Part shown: in pieces, positions 1 through 8,520 of the stretch | Position numbering within the stretch: position 1 is the first letter of the stretch | Layout of the letters: every line of letters begins with the position of its first letter | Origin: Lentisphaerales bacterium | GTDB lineage: Bacteria; Verrucomicrobiota; Kiritimatiellia; SPBP01 | Direction: 5' to 3' | Length of the DNA stretch: 64,000 nucleotides | Assembly: GCA_032123355.1 (NCBI GenBank) | Contig: JAQBFM010000100.1 | Location: forward strand, 3,944 to 67,943 | The notes under the pieces: model-generated | Databases searched by the model: none | What the model saw: the letters and a program-made list of their open reading frames with translations, nothing else | Told to the model about the DNA's origin: nothing | Made by a program: the position numbers and the translations under genes

Positions 1-470
1 GTGAGCTGGCCTCCCGCCATCGCAACATGCAGCGCTCCCTGCCGTTTGTTCTGGATCTGCTCACCCTGTCCGTCGAGGCCGGCCTGGATTTCATGTCGGC
101 TCTTCAGCGGATTATCGACAGGCGTCGACTTGATCCACTCGGCGAAGAGTTGATACGCGTACTGCGCGAAATTCAACTAGGAAAGACTCGACGGCACGCG
201 CTACGAGACATGGCGGCGCGTGCGGATCAACCCGACCTGCGATCGGTCACAAGGGCACTCGTTCAGGCCGATGAAATGGGCGTGAGCATAGGCGCTATCC
301 TCCGGATCCAGGCAGATCAACTGCGGGTCCGTCGTTTCCACAGAGCGGAAAAACTTGCGCACGAGGCACCCGTCAAGATGTTGTTCCCGTTGATAGTGTG
401 CATCTTCCCGGCTGTCTTCATAGTCCTTCTGGCTCCTTTCTTTCTGGAGATCGCGCATCGATGGATGTAA
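1..470 (+). CDS. Type II secretion / Tad pilus platform protein, T2SS-F domain (GspF/TadC/PilC-like), C-terminal part; 5' end lies outside the window
   Basis: Frame is open from nt 1 (ELASRHRNMQRS...). Conserved T2SSF-domain helix-loop pattern and a C-terminal hydrophobic helix (LFPLIVCIFPAVFIVLLAPFFL). Confidence 0.6.
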   Translation, partial: ELASRHRNMQRSLPFVLDLLTLSVEAGLDFMSALQRIIDRRRLDPLGEELIRVLREIQLGKTRRHALRDMAARADQPDLRSVTRALVQADEMGVSIGAILRIQADQLRVRRFHRAEKLAHEAPVKMLFPLIVCIFPAVFIVLLAPFFLEIAHRWM

Positions 471-518
471 TATCAGCACCACTGACAAAGTGATCGGTTG
501 AACTTGTGATGGCATAAA

Positions 519-1886
519 ATGACTGAGAACGCGTACCTCATAGTTGAAGGCGGGCCCTGCCGCGGACAGGAACTGCGGATCAAGGCCGGCGACGGCGCGC
601 GTGTCGGACGGTCGTCCAAGAATGACTTCTGCCTCGACGATCCCGGCGCTTCCAGATTCCACTGCCGTATCTTCTTCAAGGAAGGCGACGGGCTGCGCGT
701 CGCCGACCTGGGCAGCGCCAACCAGACCCTTCTCAACAACAAGCCCGTGCGGGAGCAGCGAATCCGCGCCGGGGACCGCATTACGATCGGGGAGACTGTG
801 CTCAAGGTAGTATCCGACGGCACCGGGGTCGGAGCGCCCCCTGCCCCATCCACTCCCCCGCCCCCGTCCCCGACTTCTGCTCCCGTCCCCCTGCCCTCCG
901 CGTCGGCCGCAGGCCCGCTGGTCGACCTGGGGCTTCAGCCCAAGAGAACCGCCTCCTCGCACGGGCCCAGATTCCTCCGACGTTACCTGCTGCTCGTGGG
1001 TTCGCTTGTCACGATCTTCGCCCTCGTAGTGTGGATTCCACGACTCTCAAGAATGTTCACTGAGCCGGACCCCGCGACAACGGACCCCGTCACCCCCGCT
1101 CACATTGAAGAGAAACTCGCCGTTCGCTACGAAAAGGTTGACGGCTCCTCTTCGAACGTTTTCCGCTACTTTCTGCTGATCCGGGACGATCAGGCAATGC
1201 TTGAATTGGACGATCTTGGCAATGCTCGCCATTTCAAATCACCCCTTACCGCGGTCGACAACGCCTCGGAAGTCCTCGGCAAACTGGCGGATGCGCTCCG
1301 GCAAACTGGCTTCTTCGATCTTGAGTCCGAATATCGAGGTCGTGCGAGGGACGTCTACGATCTTCGTGATGTGAGCATCTCCCTGGGATCGCAGACACAC
1401 CGTGTCAAGCTCTTGAACACGCTCCCCCCCTCACAGCTTCAAGCCGTTATGGCCACGCTTGAGGATTTCGGCCTCACCGAGTTCGGACAGGGATCCTGGG
1501 CATTGTCGCGAGAAGAACTCGTTCAGAAGGCATACGAAGCTATTATTGAAGGTCAGAAGCTGCATGAAGAGCGGAACATCCGCTACGAGAATCTCTTCCT
1601 TGCCATTCGCAAGCTGAAGGAATGCAGGATTTACCTGGATAGCATCGATCCCAAGCCGGATTTCTATGCGGACGCGGTTACGCTCCAGGAGGATTCCGAA
1701 ACCAGACTGCAGCAGGCGTATGATGATCTGCGGTTCAGCGCGGAACGCGCGACTCGTATGCGAGACTGGCAGGAAGCGGCGAAGGTGCTGCAGGTTATCT
1801 GTGCCACCATTCCTGACAGAACCGATGATCGTTACAAGTACGCGGAACAACGACTCATAACCGTACAAAGGCGTCTTGAAAGATGA
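519..1886 (+). CDS. FHA-domain membrane protein: N-terminal FHA, Pro-rich linker, one TM helix, ~260-aa extracytoplasmic domain of unknown function
   Basis: FHA motifs (GR..., SRFH, ...GSANQT) at residues ~20-95. Linker PPAPSTPPPPSPTSAPVPLP. TM helix YLLLVGSLVTIFALVVWIP. Confidence 0.75.
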   Translation: MTENAYLIVEGGPCRGQELRIKAGDGARVGRSSKNDFCLDDPGASRFHCRIFFKEGDGLRVADLGSANQTLLNNKPVREQRIRAGDRITIGETVLKVVSDGTGVGAPPAPSTPPPPSPTSAPVPLPSASAAGPLVDLGLQPKRTASSHGPRFLRRYLLLVGSLVTIFALVVWIPRLSRMFTEPDPATTDPVTPAHIEEKLAVRYEKVDGSSSNVFRYFLLIRDDQAMLELDDLGNARHFKSPLTAVDNASEVLGKLADALRQTGFFDLESEYRGRARDVYDLRDVSISLGSQTHRVKLLNTLPPSQLQAVMATLEDFGLTEFGQGSWALSREELVQKAYEAIIEGQKLHEERNIRYENLFLAIRKLKECRIYLDSIDPKPDFYADAVTLQEDSETRLQQAYDDLRFSAERATRMRDWQEAAKVLQVICATIPDRTDDRYKYAEQRLITVQRRLER

Positions 1887-3250
1887 CAACACGACTTCAT
1901 AGAAGGCGCCCCGGCGCGCTCGCGATGATCGGCTGCTGCCTGGCTTTGTCTTGCATTGCTGGCGCCGCAGAAGCTGCTGTCTGCTTAATGGAAGTCGTTT
2001 CGCAACCGGAAGGTGCGGAGATATTTGTGGACAATGAGTCGCGCGGCATTGCTCCAGTAACAGTCAGCGTTGGTCCCGGCAAACACCTGCTTGCGGCGGA
2101 AAAGGACGGTTACGTAGAGACGCGCAAAACAGTCGCCGTCGGAGACAATACTGAAACACTCCAGGTCACGATGCAGCTTGAACGAGTATTCGGTCTTCTG
2201 CTGATTCATTCGCAACCTTCCGGCGCAACTGTCGTGATAGACGGCGCCGATCGCGGTAAGACTCCCATGTTGTTAACGGACCTCCCCGGAGGCAGTTATC
2301 GGGTCGCATTTCAAAAGACCAGATACTTGCCCATGGAAAAGGTTATCGATATCGTCGGCCGCATTCCCCAGAAACTCAATGTCGTGCTTCGGTCGGATTC
2401 TGCAACCCTCAGAGTCACCTCGGTACCGGTGGGTGCCACGGTCTTGATCGGCGGCATCGACAGGGGGACCACTCCCTGCACGATTGACGAAGTGCCGCCC
2501 GGCAAGAACGAAATATCGCTTCGCTTGGATGGCTATAATCTTCACAAGCAACTCGTCACGCTCAGATCAGGTGAGGAGATCGATCTCAACGCGAACCTGG
2601 AGCCGAAGCCGGGCTCAATTATGATCCATTCTGTTCCTGACAAGGCGACGGTCTATGTAAACGGTGAGCGGCGTGGCAATGCGCCTTTAGCCATTGAGGA
2701 TCTGGCGCCGGGCACTTATCGCATCCGAGTGGAACTCGCGGGATACCTTCCACTGCTTCGTAACGTTGAGGTTGTGCAGGGCGCATCTGCGGCGGAGGAG
2801 TTCAGGCTGGAACGGAACTCCGGTCTTCTCGAACTCATTACCCAGCCTGCAGGCGCGCAGGTCTTTATCGACGGCACTGACATTGGAACAACAACCGTCG
2901 CAGAGGGAGAGTCCGACGCTATTTCCGAGCCTCTTATTATCGACACTCTCGAACCTGGAGCACACACGGTCCAGCTCAGTAAGAAGGGCTATGAATCTGA
3001 GACAATCATTGTTTCGATACAGAAGGATCGGACCGCGACGATCAGCCAGAAACTCAAGCGGATGTTCATCCCGGACACCATTGTGCGCACCGGTTCCGGT
3101 CCGAACGAGACCTACATAGGCGTGCTCAAGCTGACATTTGACAATGGTGATATTCAAATGGAGCTCAGGCCAGGCGTCTTTCGACTCTTCAAGAAATGGG
3201 AAGTCAAGTCGGTCGAGCCCTACGTCCTGGACAAGCCGCCGGAAGACTAA
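1883..3250 (+). CDS. PEGA-domain repeat protein with signal peptide or lipobox-like N-terminus (at least five PEGA modules)
   Basis: Repeated S/T-x-P-x-G-A-x-V/I-x-I/V-D/N-G modules (VSQPEGAEIFVDN, HSQPSGATVVIDG, TSVPVGATVLIGG, HSVPDKATVYVNG, ITQPAGAQVFIDG). Start ATG overlaps the stop of the FHA gene (ATGA). Confidence 0.8.
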   Translation: MTTRLHRRRPGALAMIGCCLALSCIAGAAEAAVCLMEVVSQPEGAEIFVDNESRGIAPVTVSVGPGKHLLAAEKDGYVETRKTVAVGDNTETLQVTMQLERVFGLLLIHSQPSGATVVIDGADRGKTPMLLTDLPGGSYRVAFQKTRYLPMEKVIDIVGRIPQKLNVVLRSDSATLRVTSVPVGATVLIGGIDRGTTPCTIDEVPPGKNEISLRLDGYNLHKQLVTLRSGEEIDLNANLEPKPGSIMIHSVPDKATVYVNGERRGNAPLAIEDLAPGTYRIRVELAGYLPLLRNVEVVQGASAAEEFRLERNSGLLELITQPAGAQVFIDGTDIGTTTVAEGESDAISEPLIIDTLEPGAHTVQLSKKGYESETIIVSIQKDRTATISQKLKRMFIPDTIVRTGSGPNETYIGVLKLTFDNGDIQMELRPGVFRLFKKWEVKSVEPYVLDKPPED

Positions 3251-3277
3251 ACTCGCCCTTCGGCCTCGCCGCAAGAC

Positions 3278-3631
3278 TCAATCCGAAGATTCAATTGCCA
3301 CCGCATCACCCACCGACAGAGAGCCGGCTGCAAGCCATCCGGACTGAACTTCGACAACACTGTGTGCCTTCGCGCCACCGAACACTATCCTTGCAGGCGT
3401 TACGTTCCGAGCAATCTTTACTATTGCCCCCGCCCGACCAATAAAGAACAGGTCCAGGTCGAACTGCATGAAGAATGTGTGCACACTGCTACATGGTGAA
3501 ATGTGCATGCCGACTCCAGCGGGAAGGGCTTTGCGACCGAGCAATCCGCGGCATCGTTCGTGAAGAGTGCGCGCACATTCCAGCGATCCGATCAGTACCA
3601 CCCCGTCGCTGGCAAGTGTTGCCATGTTCAT
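3278..3631 (-). CDS. DUF192-family protein (COG1430)
   Basis: GLLGRK...GMHI...HTFFMQFDLDLFFI...G.IVKI pattern typical of DUF192. Confidence 0.55.
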   Translation of the reverse strand: MNMATLASDGVVLIGSLECARTLHERCRGLLGRKALPAGVGMHISPCSSVHTFFMQFDLDLFFIGRAGAIVKIARNVTPARIVFGGAKAHSVVEVQSGWLAAGSLSVGDAVAIESSD

Positions 3632-3659
3632 CCCGGGAATCTTCCTGTTGCAATGTGAC

Positions 3660-4208
3660 TTAATCCAGGTGAAGAACTGCCTTCAGCGTTTTCATGGTCG
3701 CTTCCAGCGGAGCCATGCGGCCCTTTCCTTCCCGCCCGCACACAAGTTCGCCGCTCACGGCATCGACCACGGTTACGCCGCGTGCCTTCAAGGTTTCCAG
3801 ATTCGTCTGCACCGCTGGATGTCCGAGCATATTGTCATTCATCGCCGGGACAATGATCACCGGGGCCCTGGTCGCCAGCACTATGCAAGTCAACAGATCG
3901 TCCGCCAGCCCTTGAGCCATTCTCGCTATCGCACCGGCGGTGCACGGCGCAATAACAAGCGCATCCGCCCTGTCGGCCAAGGCCACGTGTTCCGGACACC
4001 ACTGCCCAGTTGGCTCGAACATATCAATCGCAACCGGGTTCCTCGAAAGCGTCTGCATCGTTAGCACCCCAATGAAGTGCGTCGCAGCCTGTGTCATTAC
4101 GACTGAGACTTCGCACCCGCAGGCTCGTATCATCCTGACAAGCTCTGCAGCCTTGTAAGCCGCTATTGAACCCGTCACGCCCAGTACAACATGTTTGCCT
4201 TTGTTCAC
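3660..4208 (-). CDS. coaC: Phosphopantothenoylcysteine decarboxylase (flavoprotein domain only, stand-alone CoaC)
   Basis: N-terminal flavoprotein fold VLGVTGSIAAYKAAELVR, PxMN motif (VPAMNDNM). 182 aa, so no CoaB (PPC synthetase) domain is fused. Confidence 0.8.
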   Translation of the reverse strand: MNKGKHVVLGVTGSIAAYKAAELVRMIRACGCEVSVVMTQAATHFIGVLTMQTLSRNPVAIDMFEPTGQWCPEHVALADRADALVIAPCTAGAIARMAQGLADDLLTCIVLATRAPVIIVPAMNDNMLGHPAVQTNLETLKARGVTVVDAVSGELVCGREGKGRMAPLEATMKTLKAVLHLD

Positions 4209-4234
4209 GATTCCCGCTCCTCGCCGCCCCCTTC

Positions 4235-4837
4235 TCAGATGCGTGCGTGTTCTTTCTGCACAATCGATTTCAGCTCCGCATAAGCAGTCTCAAGATCGTC
4301 GTTCACAATCCTGTACATATATGATCCCGCCCTGTTCATCTCATGTTCCGCGTTCTTCATACGCTCACAAATGGATTCCTGCGAGTCTTCATTTCTAAGC
4401 CGCAGTCGCGTCTCAAGGACCGCCAGGGAGGGGGGCTCAATGAATACGTCGATGTAGGCCTTCCTCAATGCCGATCCGTCAGGCAGGCCCGCGACGAAAG
4501 AACGGACCTGGTCGGCCCCCTGAACATCGATATCCATCAGGAGGTCCTTGCCCTTACGAAGTGCTTCTTCGACGGCGCCGCGCAGCGTGCCATACATGTG
4601 GCCAAACACCTCTGCATGTTCGAGGAATTCGGCGCGTTCCAGTTTCTGTTCAAATTCATCGGCATCGAGAAACACATAATCCACGCCACCAACTTCCCTT
4701 CCGCGCGGTGGACGAGTTGTGCATGAGACTGAATAGACCATACCTACGTGCTCGGCGAGAAGCCGGTCGCACAACGTTGTCTTCCCTGCGGCGGACGGTG
4801 CGGAGATAACTATAAGCAGTGGACGATGCTCACTCAA
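4235..4837 (-). CDS. gmk: Guanylate kinase
   Basis: P-loop SAPSAAGKTTL and guanylate kinase signature CTTRPPRGREVGGVDYVF. Typical ~200 aa length. Confidence 0.9.
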   Translation of the reverse strand: MSEHRPLLIVISAPSAAGKTTLCDRLLAEHVGMVYSVSCTTRPPRGREVGGVDYVFLDADEFEQKLERAEFLEHAEVFGHMYGTLRGAVEEALRKGKDLLMDIDVQGADQVRSFVAGLPDGSALRKAYIDVFIEPPSLAVLETRLRLRNEDSQESICERMKNAEHEMNRAGSYMYRIVNDDLETAYAELKSIVQKEHARI

Positions 4838-5711
4838 GATTCTGTACCTGTTCTCGAACGCGGTCCAATTCGGCCTTGAACATCACTACATTCTTGGAAA
4901 CCGCGGCACTGTTAGCCTTGGACCCGATCGTATTGACTTCCCTCAGCATTTCCTGGATCAGGAAGTCCAGAGATCGGCCCGCCTCCCGGTCTGAGGCAAG
5001 CATCTTCTCCATCTGCGCCATGTGGCTGCTCAGTCTGGTGCATTCTTCCGTGAAATCACAGCGAGCCGCAAACAATACGATCTCTCTGGCCAGTGCTTCG
5101 TCGCATCCTCGAGTTGATATTCCGGCCGCCTTCAGTTTTGCGAGCAGCACCTTGCGCTGACGTTCTTCGGCACGTGGCGCAAGAGCTTTCACCCTGTTCA
5201 GTATCGCCTTCATCCGTCCACATCTGGCCTTCAAGTCCCTGGCCAGCGCTTTCCCCTCCCTGGTTCTCATCGTGATCAGTCCCGCCAGCGCCCTGGTCAG
5301 GGCCGGCTCGATAATCGACCAGGCCGCACGCGAAGACATTGAGGGGGCATTGGTTCGCAGGACGTCCGGCATGGAGAGAAGGTCCTTTGCAGACAGATCG
5401 TCTGCAAGCCCGAGCCCTCGGGCTGTCTTTCGAAGCGTGTGCACGCATGCCGCCGCCAGTTTTCTATCGACCAGGCTGGACTCATTAGCAATGCGTTCAC
5501 CCGATACTCGCACGGTAACGGTTACCGCTCCGCGCGATACCGATCGGCTGACCGCTTTCACAACAAGCGGTTCAATGGCTGCGAACATTCCCGGCAATCC
5601 CAGCCTGACGTCGAGCTGCTTTCTGTTCAGCGAACTCGCCTCCACTTCCACGAGCAGGTTCCCGCGCTGGACGGAGCCCTTCCCAAAACCGGTCATACTC
5701 TTCGGAGTCAT
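4830..5711 (-). CDS. yicC: YicC-family stress-induced protein (DUF1732)
   Basis: N-terminal SMTGFGKG motif and YicC-like helical architecture; conserved position next to gmk. The start could be a few codons downstream, since the ORF overlaps the prfB stop. Confidence 0.75.
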   Translation of the reverse strand: MTPKSMTGFGKGSVQRGNLLVEVEASSLNRKQLDVRLGLPGMFAAIEPLVVKAVSRSVSRGAVTVTVRVSGERIANESSLVDRKLAAACVHTLRKTARGLGLADDLSAKDLLSMPDVLRTNAPSMSSRAAWSIIEPALTRALAGLITMRTREGKALARDLKARCGRMKAILNRVKALAPRAEERQRKVLLAKLKAAGISTRGCDEALAREIVLFAARCDFTEECTRLSSHMAQMEKMLASDREAGRSLDFLIQEMLREVNTIGSKANSAAVSKNVVMFKAELDRVREQVQNLE

Positions 5712-6833
5712 TATTGACGCTCCCTCCTCTGCTGTTTCAAGCGGGCCAGAACGAATCTCTTCAGATCCCCGTCCAACACTGCATCGGTATTCGACGTCTC
5801 GATTTCGGTCCTGTGATCCTTGACCATGGTGTACGGATGTAAGACGTAAGACCTGATCTGGCTTCCCCAGGCGATTTCTCCCTTCTCGCCATAGAACTTT
5901 TCAAGATTGCGACGCTGCTGATCCAGCGTCCAGTCGTAGACTCTCGCTTTCAGCATCTTCATGGCCATCGCACGGTTCTTGTGCTGGGAACGCTCAGCCT
6001 GGCACGAGACGACTATTCCCGTAGGTAGATGCGTGATCCGCACGGCCGAATCTGTCGTGTTCACATGCTGACCACCGGCCCCGCTGGATCTGTATGTGTC
6101 AACCCGAAGCTCGTCGTCCTTGATATCTACCACAATATCATCGTCAATCGCCGCCACGACATCAACTGCAGCAAACGAAGTGTGGCGTCTCTTATTGGCA
6201 TCGAACGGGCTGATTCTGACCAACCTGTGCACACCTCGCTCGGCCTTCAGATAGCCGTAAGCATGTAGCCCACTGACTTCGAAAGTGGCCCTCCTGATCC
6301 CTGCCTCATCTCCCTGCTGCACGTCCAGCATCACAACCTGGAAGCCGGCCCTCTCGCTGAACCGGCGGTACATTCTCACAAGCATTTCTGCCCAGTCGCA
6401 GGACTCTGTGCCCCCTGCCCCGGCGTGCAGAGAGACATACGCGCTGCTCCCGTCCATCTTGCCGCTGAGTAGAGCCTTCATTTCCAGCTCAACAAGCGCA
6501 GTCTCCGCACTCTCTGCGTGGGTATCGGCTTCGGCAAGTGCGGCATTCTTCTGGGCCTCGTCCTTCTCGGCCTCGGCCAGTTCCACGAGCAGTTCGATAT
6601 CATCCGCTGACTGGTTGATGGCCCGAAAAGGGCCAAGGATGGATCGTTCCAGATTCGCGCCGGCTATGACCTCTTGCGCCGCCTCCTGATTGGACCAGAA
6701 CCCAGGAGCCGCTGCCCGGCCCTCAAGTTCCGCCAGCTTCTTCTCACGGCGGTCGACGTCAAAGATAACCTCTCATTTCTTCTGTCCTGGCCCGAATCTC
6801 GGCCAGGCGCGTCTTGATTTCTTCAGCCGTCAT
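5711..6833 (-). CDS. prfB: Peptide chain release factor 2, expressed through a programmed +1 ribosomal frameshift
   Basis: The 291-aa ORF (5711..6586) carries the RF2 core (SPF, GGQ in SSGAGGQHVNTTDSAVRITH). Upstream in another frame, an ATG at 6833 encodes [24 protein letters not shown] followed by TGA. The minus-strand site AGAGGTTATCTTTGAC is the classic SD-like + CUU UGA C shift site. Confidence 0.9.
6758..6764 (-). other. prfB: prfB +1 frameshift site CTT TGA C, with SD-like AGAGG three nt upstream
   Basis: Read directly from the sequence; after the shift the frame continues into DVDRREKKLAELEGRAAAPGFW...ELAEAEKDE, which matches the RF2 ORF. Confidence 0.85.
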
Positions 6834-8520
6834 CTCTTGTTCCCTTCGGGTTTGCCTCATTGCTTCCCGGTTCCAAGCATCGAGTTCTCAACTTTATGCT
6901 TCTTCCACGGGCAGCAACAAGAACAAAACAGGCAAGAACCAAGACAGCGCACGACACGGCAAACACATCGCCGTGTTTCGTATAGAATGACGGGCTCATT
7001 CCCGGCCCCGCAGTGACCACCTCGGCGATAAAAAAGCCCTCCGTAAGAGCCCCGCCATCAGGCGCAAGCTTGTCCCGAATTCTGCCGGCAGCGTCGATCA
7101 GGCAGGTCATACCAGTGTTGGTTACCCGTATCATGGGAACCCGATTCTCTATGCACCTGAATACGCTGTTCGCCATGTGTTGACGCGAGGCTGAAGAGAC
7201 ATCGAACCATGCGTCGTTCGTCTGGTTTATCAACAGGCGGGCACCCGCGCGCACAAACTTCCTCGAAAGCGAGGAAACGACATCCTCAAAACAGATCAGC
7301 ACTGAGAAGGCAGTGTCCGGGACGCGCTGAAGACGGAAGATGGTGTCCTCCTTGCCGGGAGTGCACGACCACCCCAACGGATCGAATCTCGCAAGGCTTG
7401 GAAATATCCCGGATAGTGGAATGTACTCGCCGAACGGAAGAAGGTGCTGCTTGTTATAGATCTGGATGTCAGGGGCCTCGGGATCAAACAACATCGAACT
7501 GTTGAAGAAGTTCGTGGCATTCCCCCGAAGCCTTGCATCGATCGTGCCGACGAGGATCGGTGTCCCGTTTGTCAACAGGTCGCAGACGAATGCGAGGCAG
7601 TCTTGGTCGAGCAGGGCATACGACGGCAATGCTGTCTCCGGCCAGACAATCAGGTCCACATCGCGCTCGAACGTCATTTCCGTCAGGCCCCTGAGCTTCA
7701 AGTAGGCTTCGTCCGCCCATTCAGGCGACCATTTCTTGACCTGAGGAACGTTGGGTTGAACAAGGGCAATTCGAAGCACCTCACCAGCCAGCCTTCTCTC
7801 TGTCAGCATTCGAACGCCGGCCATCATACTCAACACCAGGATGCTCAGCGCGATCATCAACTCGGGATGTGCTCGGTATCTACGGCCAACGGCAACGCCG
7901 CGAAACTTGAGTACCGTCATGGCGAACGCGGAGTTCATAAGCGCAACAAGCATGGAAACAGCATAAACACCACCCCACTCCGCGGCCTGGCAGATCGGGA
8001 TGTTCCTGTACTGGCTGACTCCGAGTGTATTCCACGGGAACCCGGTCAGAAGCGTAGAACGGAAGTATTCGAGCCCCACCCATACGGCGGGAATTGCGAC
8101 CGTCAGCAGTACTGTTCTGCGCCAGTTGTCCGTACCCAACGAGCCGAACAACCCCGATACGAGCATGGCGAATGCAGCCGTATAGAGTGCGCAGTACAAG
8201 GCCAGAAAGAACCATGCGAGCAGTCCCAGGCACGCCGAAGGCCCGGTCCATGCCAACCTGCTGAACCACGACAGCGATACCAGCCAGAAGACTGCCCCAC
8301 CCAGGAATCCCCAGCCGAGGGCAGCCCTCGTGCCACTGCGACTGCTGATGAGAATAAGAGGGACTAGCGCGACCCAAGCGGTCTCGTGCTGTTCAAAGGG
8401 AGCGTAGGCAAGTGCAAGCAGCACTCCGCTTGACACCGCACCGGCAAGCCGCACCACAGTCGCACGCCGTACTATTGCGCTGCCCCACAGCATTTCTTGT
8501 ACTTCCTGCCGCTGCCACAA
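6823..8520 (-). CDS. lnt: Apolipoprotein N-acyltransferase
   Basis: Multi-TM N-terminal half plus a CN-hydrolase domain ([10 protein letters not shown]..., ...CFEDVV...). The ORF start overlaps secA by 49 nt; in-frame GTG codons at ~8460/8457 would remove that overlap. Confidence 0.8.
   Translation of the reverse strand: MWQRQEVQEMLWGSAIVRRATVVRLAGAVSSGVLLALAYAPFEQHETAWVALVPLILISSRSGTRAALGWGFLGGAVFWLVSLSWFSRLAWTGPSACLGLLAWFFLALYCALYTAAFAMLVSGLFGSLGTDNWRRTVLLTVAIPAVWVGLEYFRSTLLTGFPWNTLGVSQYRNIPICQAAEWGGVYAVSMLVALMNSAFAMTVLKFRGVAVGRRYRAHPELMIALSILVLSMMAGVRMLTERRLAGEVLRIALVQPNVPQVKKWSPEWADEAYLKLRGLTEMTFERDVDLIVWPETALPSYALLDQDCLAFVCDLLTNGTPILVGTIDARLRGNATNFFNSSMLFDPEAPDIQIYNKQHLLPFGEYIPLSGIFPSLARFDPLGWSCTPGKEDTIFRLQRVPDTAFSVLICFEDVVSSLSRKFVRAGARLLINQTNDAWFDVSSASRQHMANSVFRCIENRVPMIRVTNTGMTCLIDAAGRIRDKLAPDGGALTEGFFIAEVVTAGPGMSPSFYTKHGDVFAVSCAVLVLACFVLVAARGRSIKLRTRCLEPGSNEANPKGTRDDG

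Noticed and set aside
201-962. Long antisense ORFs overlapping real genes (e.g. 201..962 minus, 473..853 minus, 7444..8367 plus, 9765..10484 plus, 23874..25199 plus, 48640..50238 plus)
   Set aside because: High GC content suppresses stop codons and produces long spurious frames. These lie antisense to genes with clear conserved domains (FHA, lnt, secA, ftsH, gltD-like), are Arg/Pro/Ser-rich and lack RBSs.
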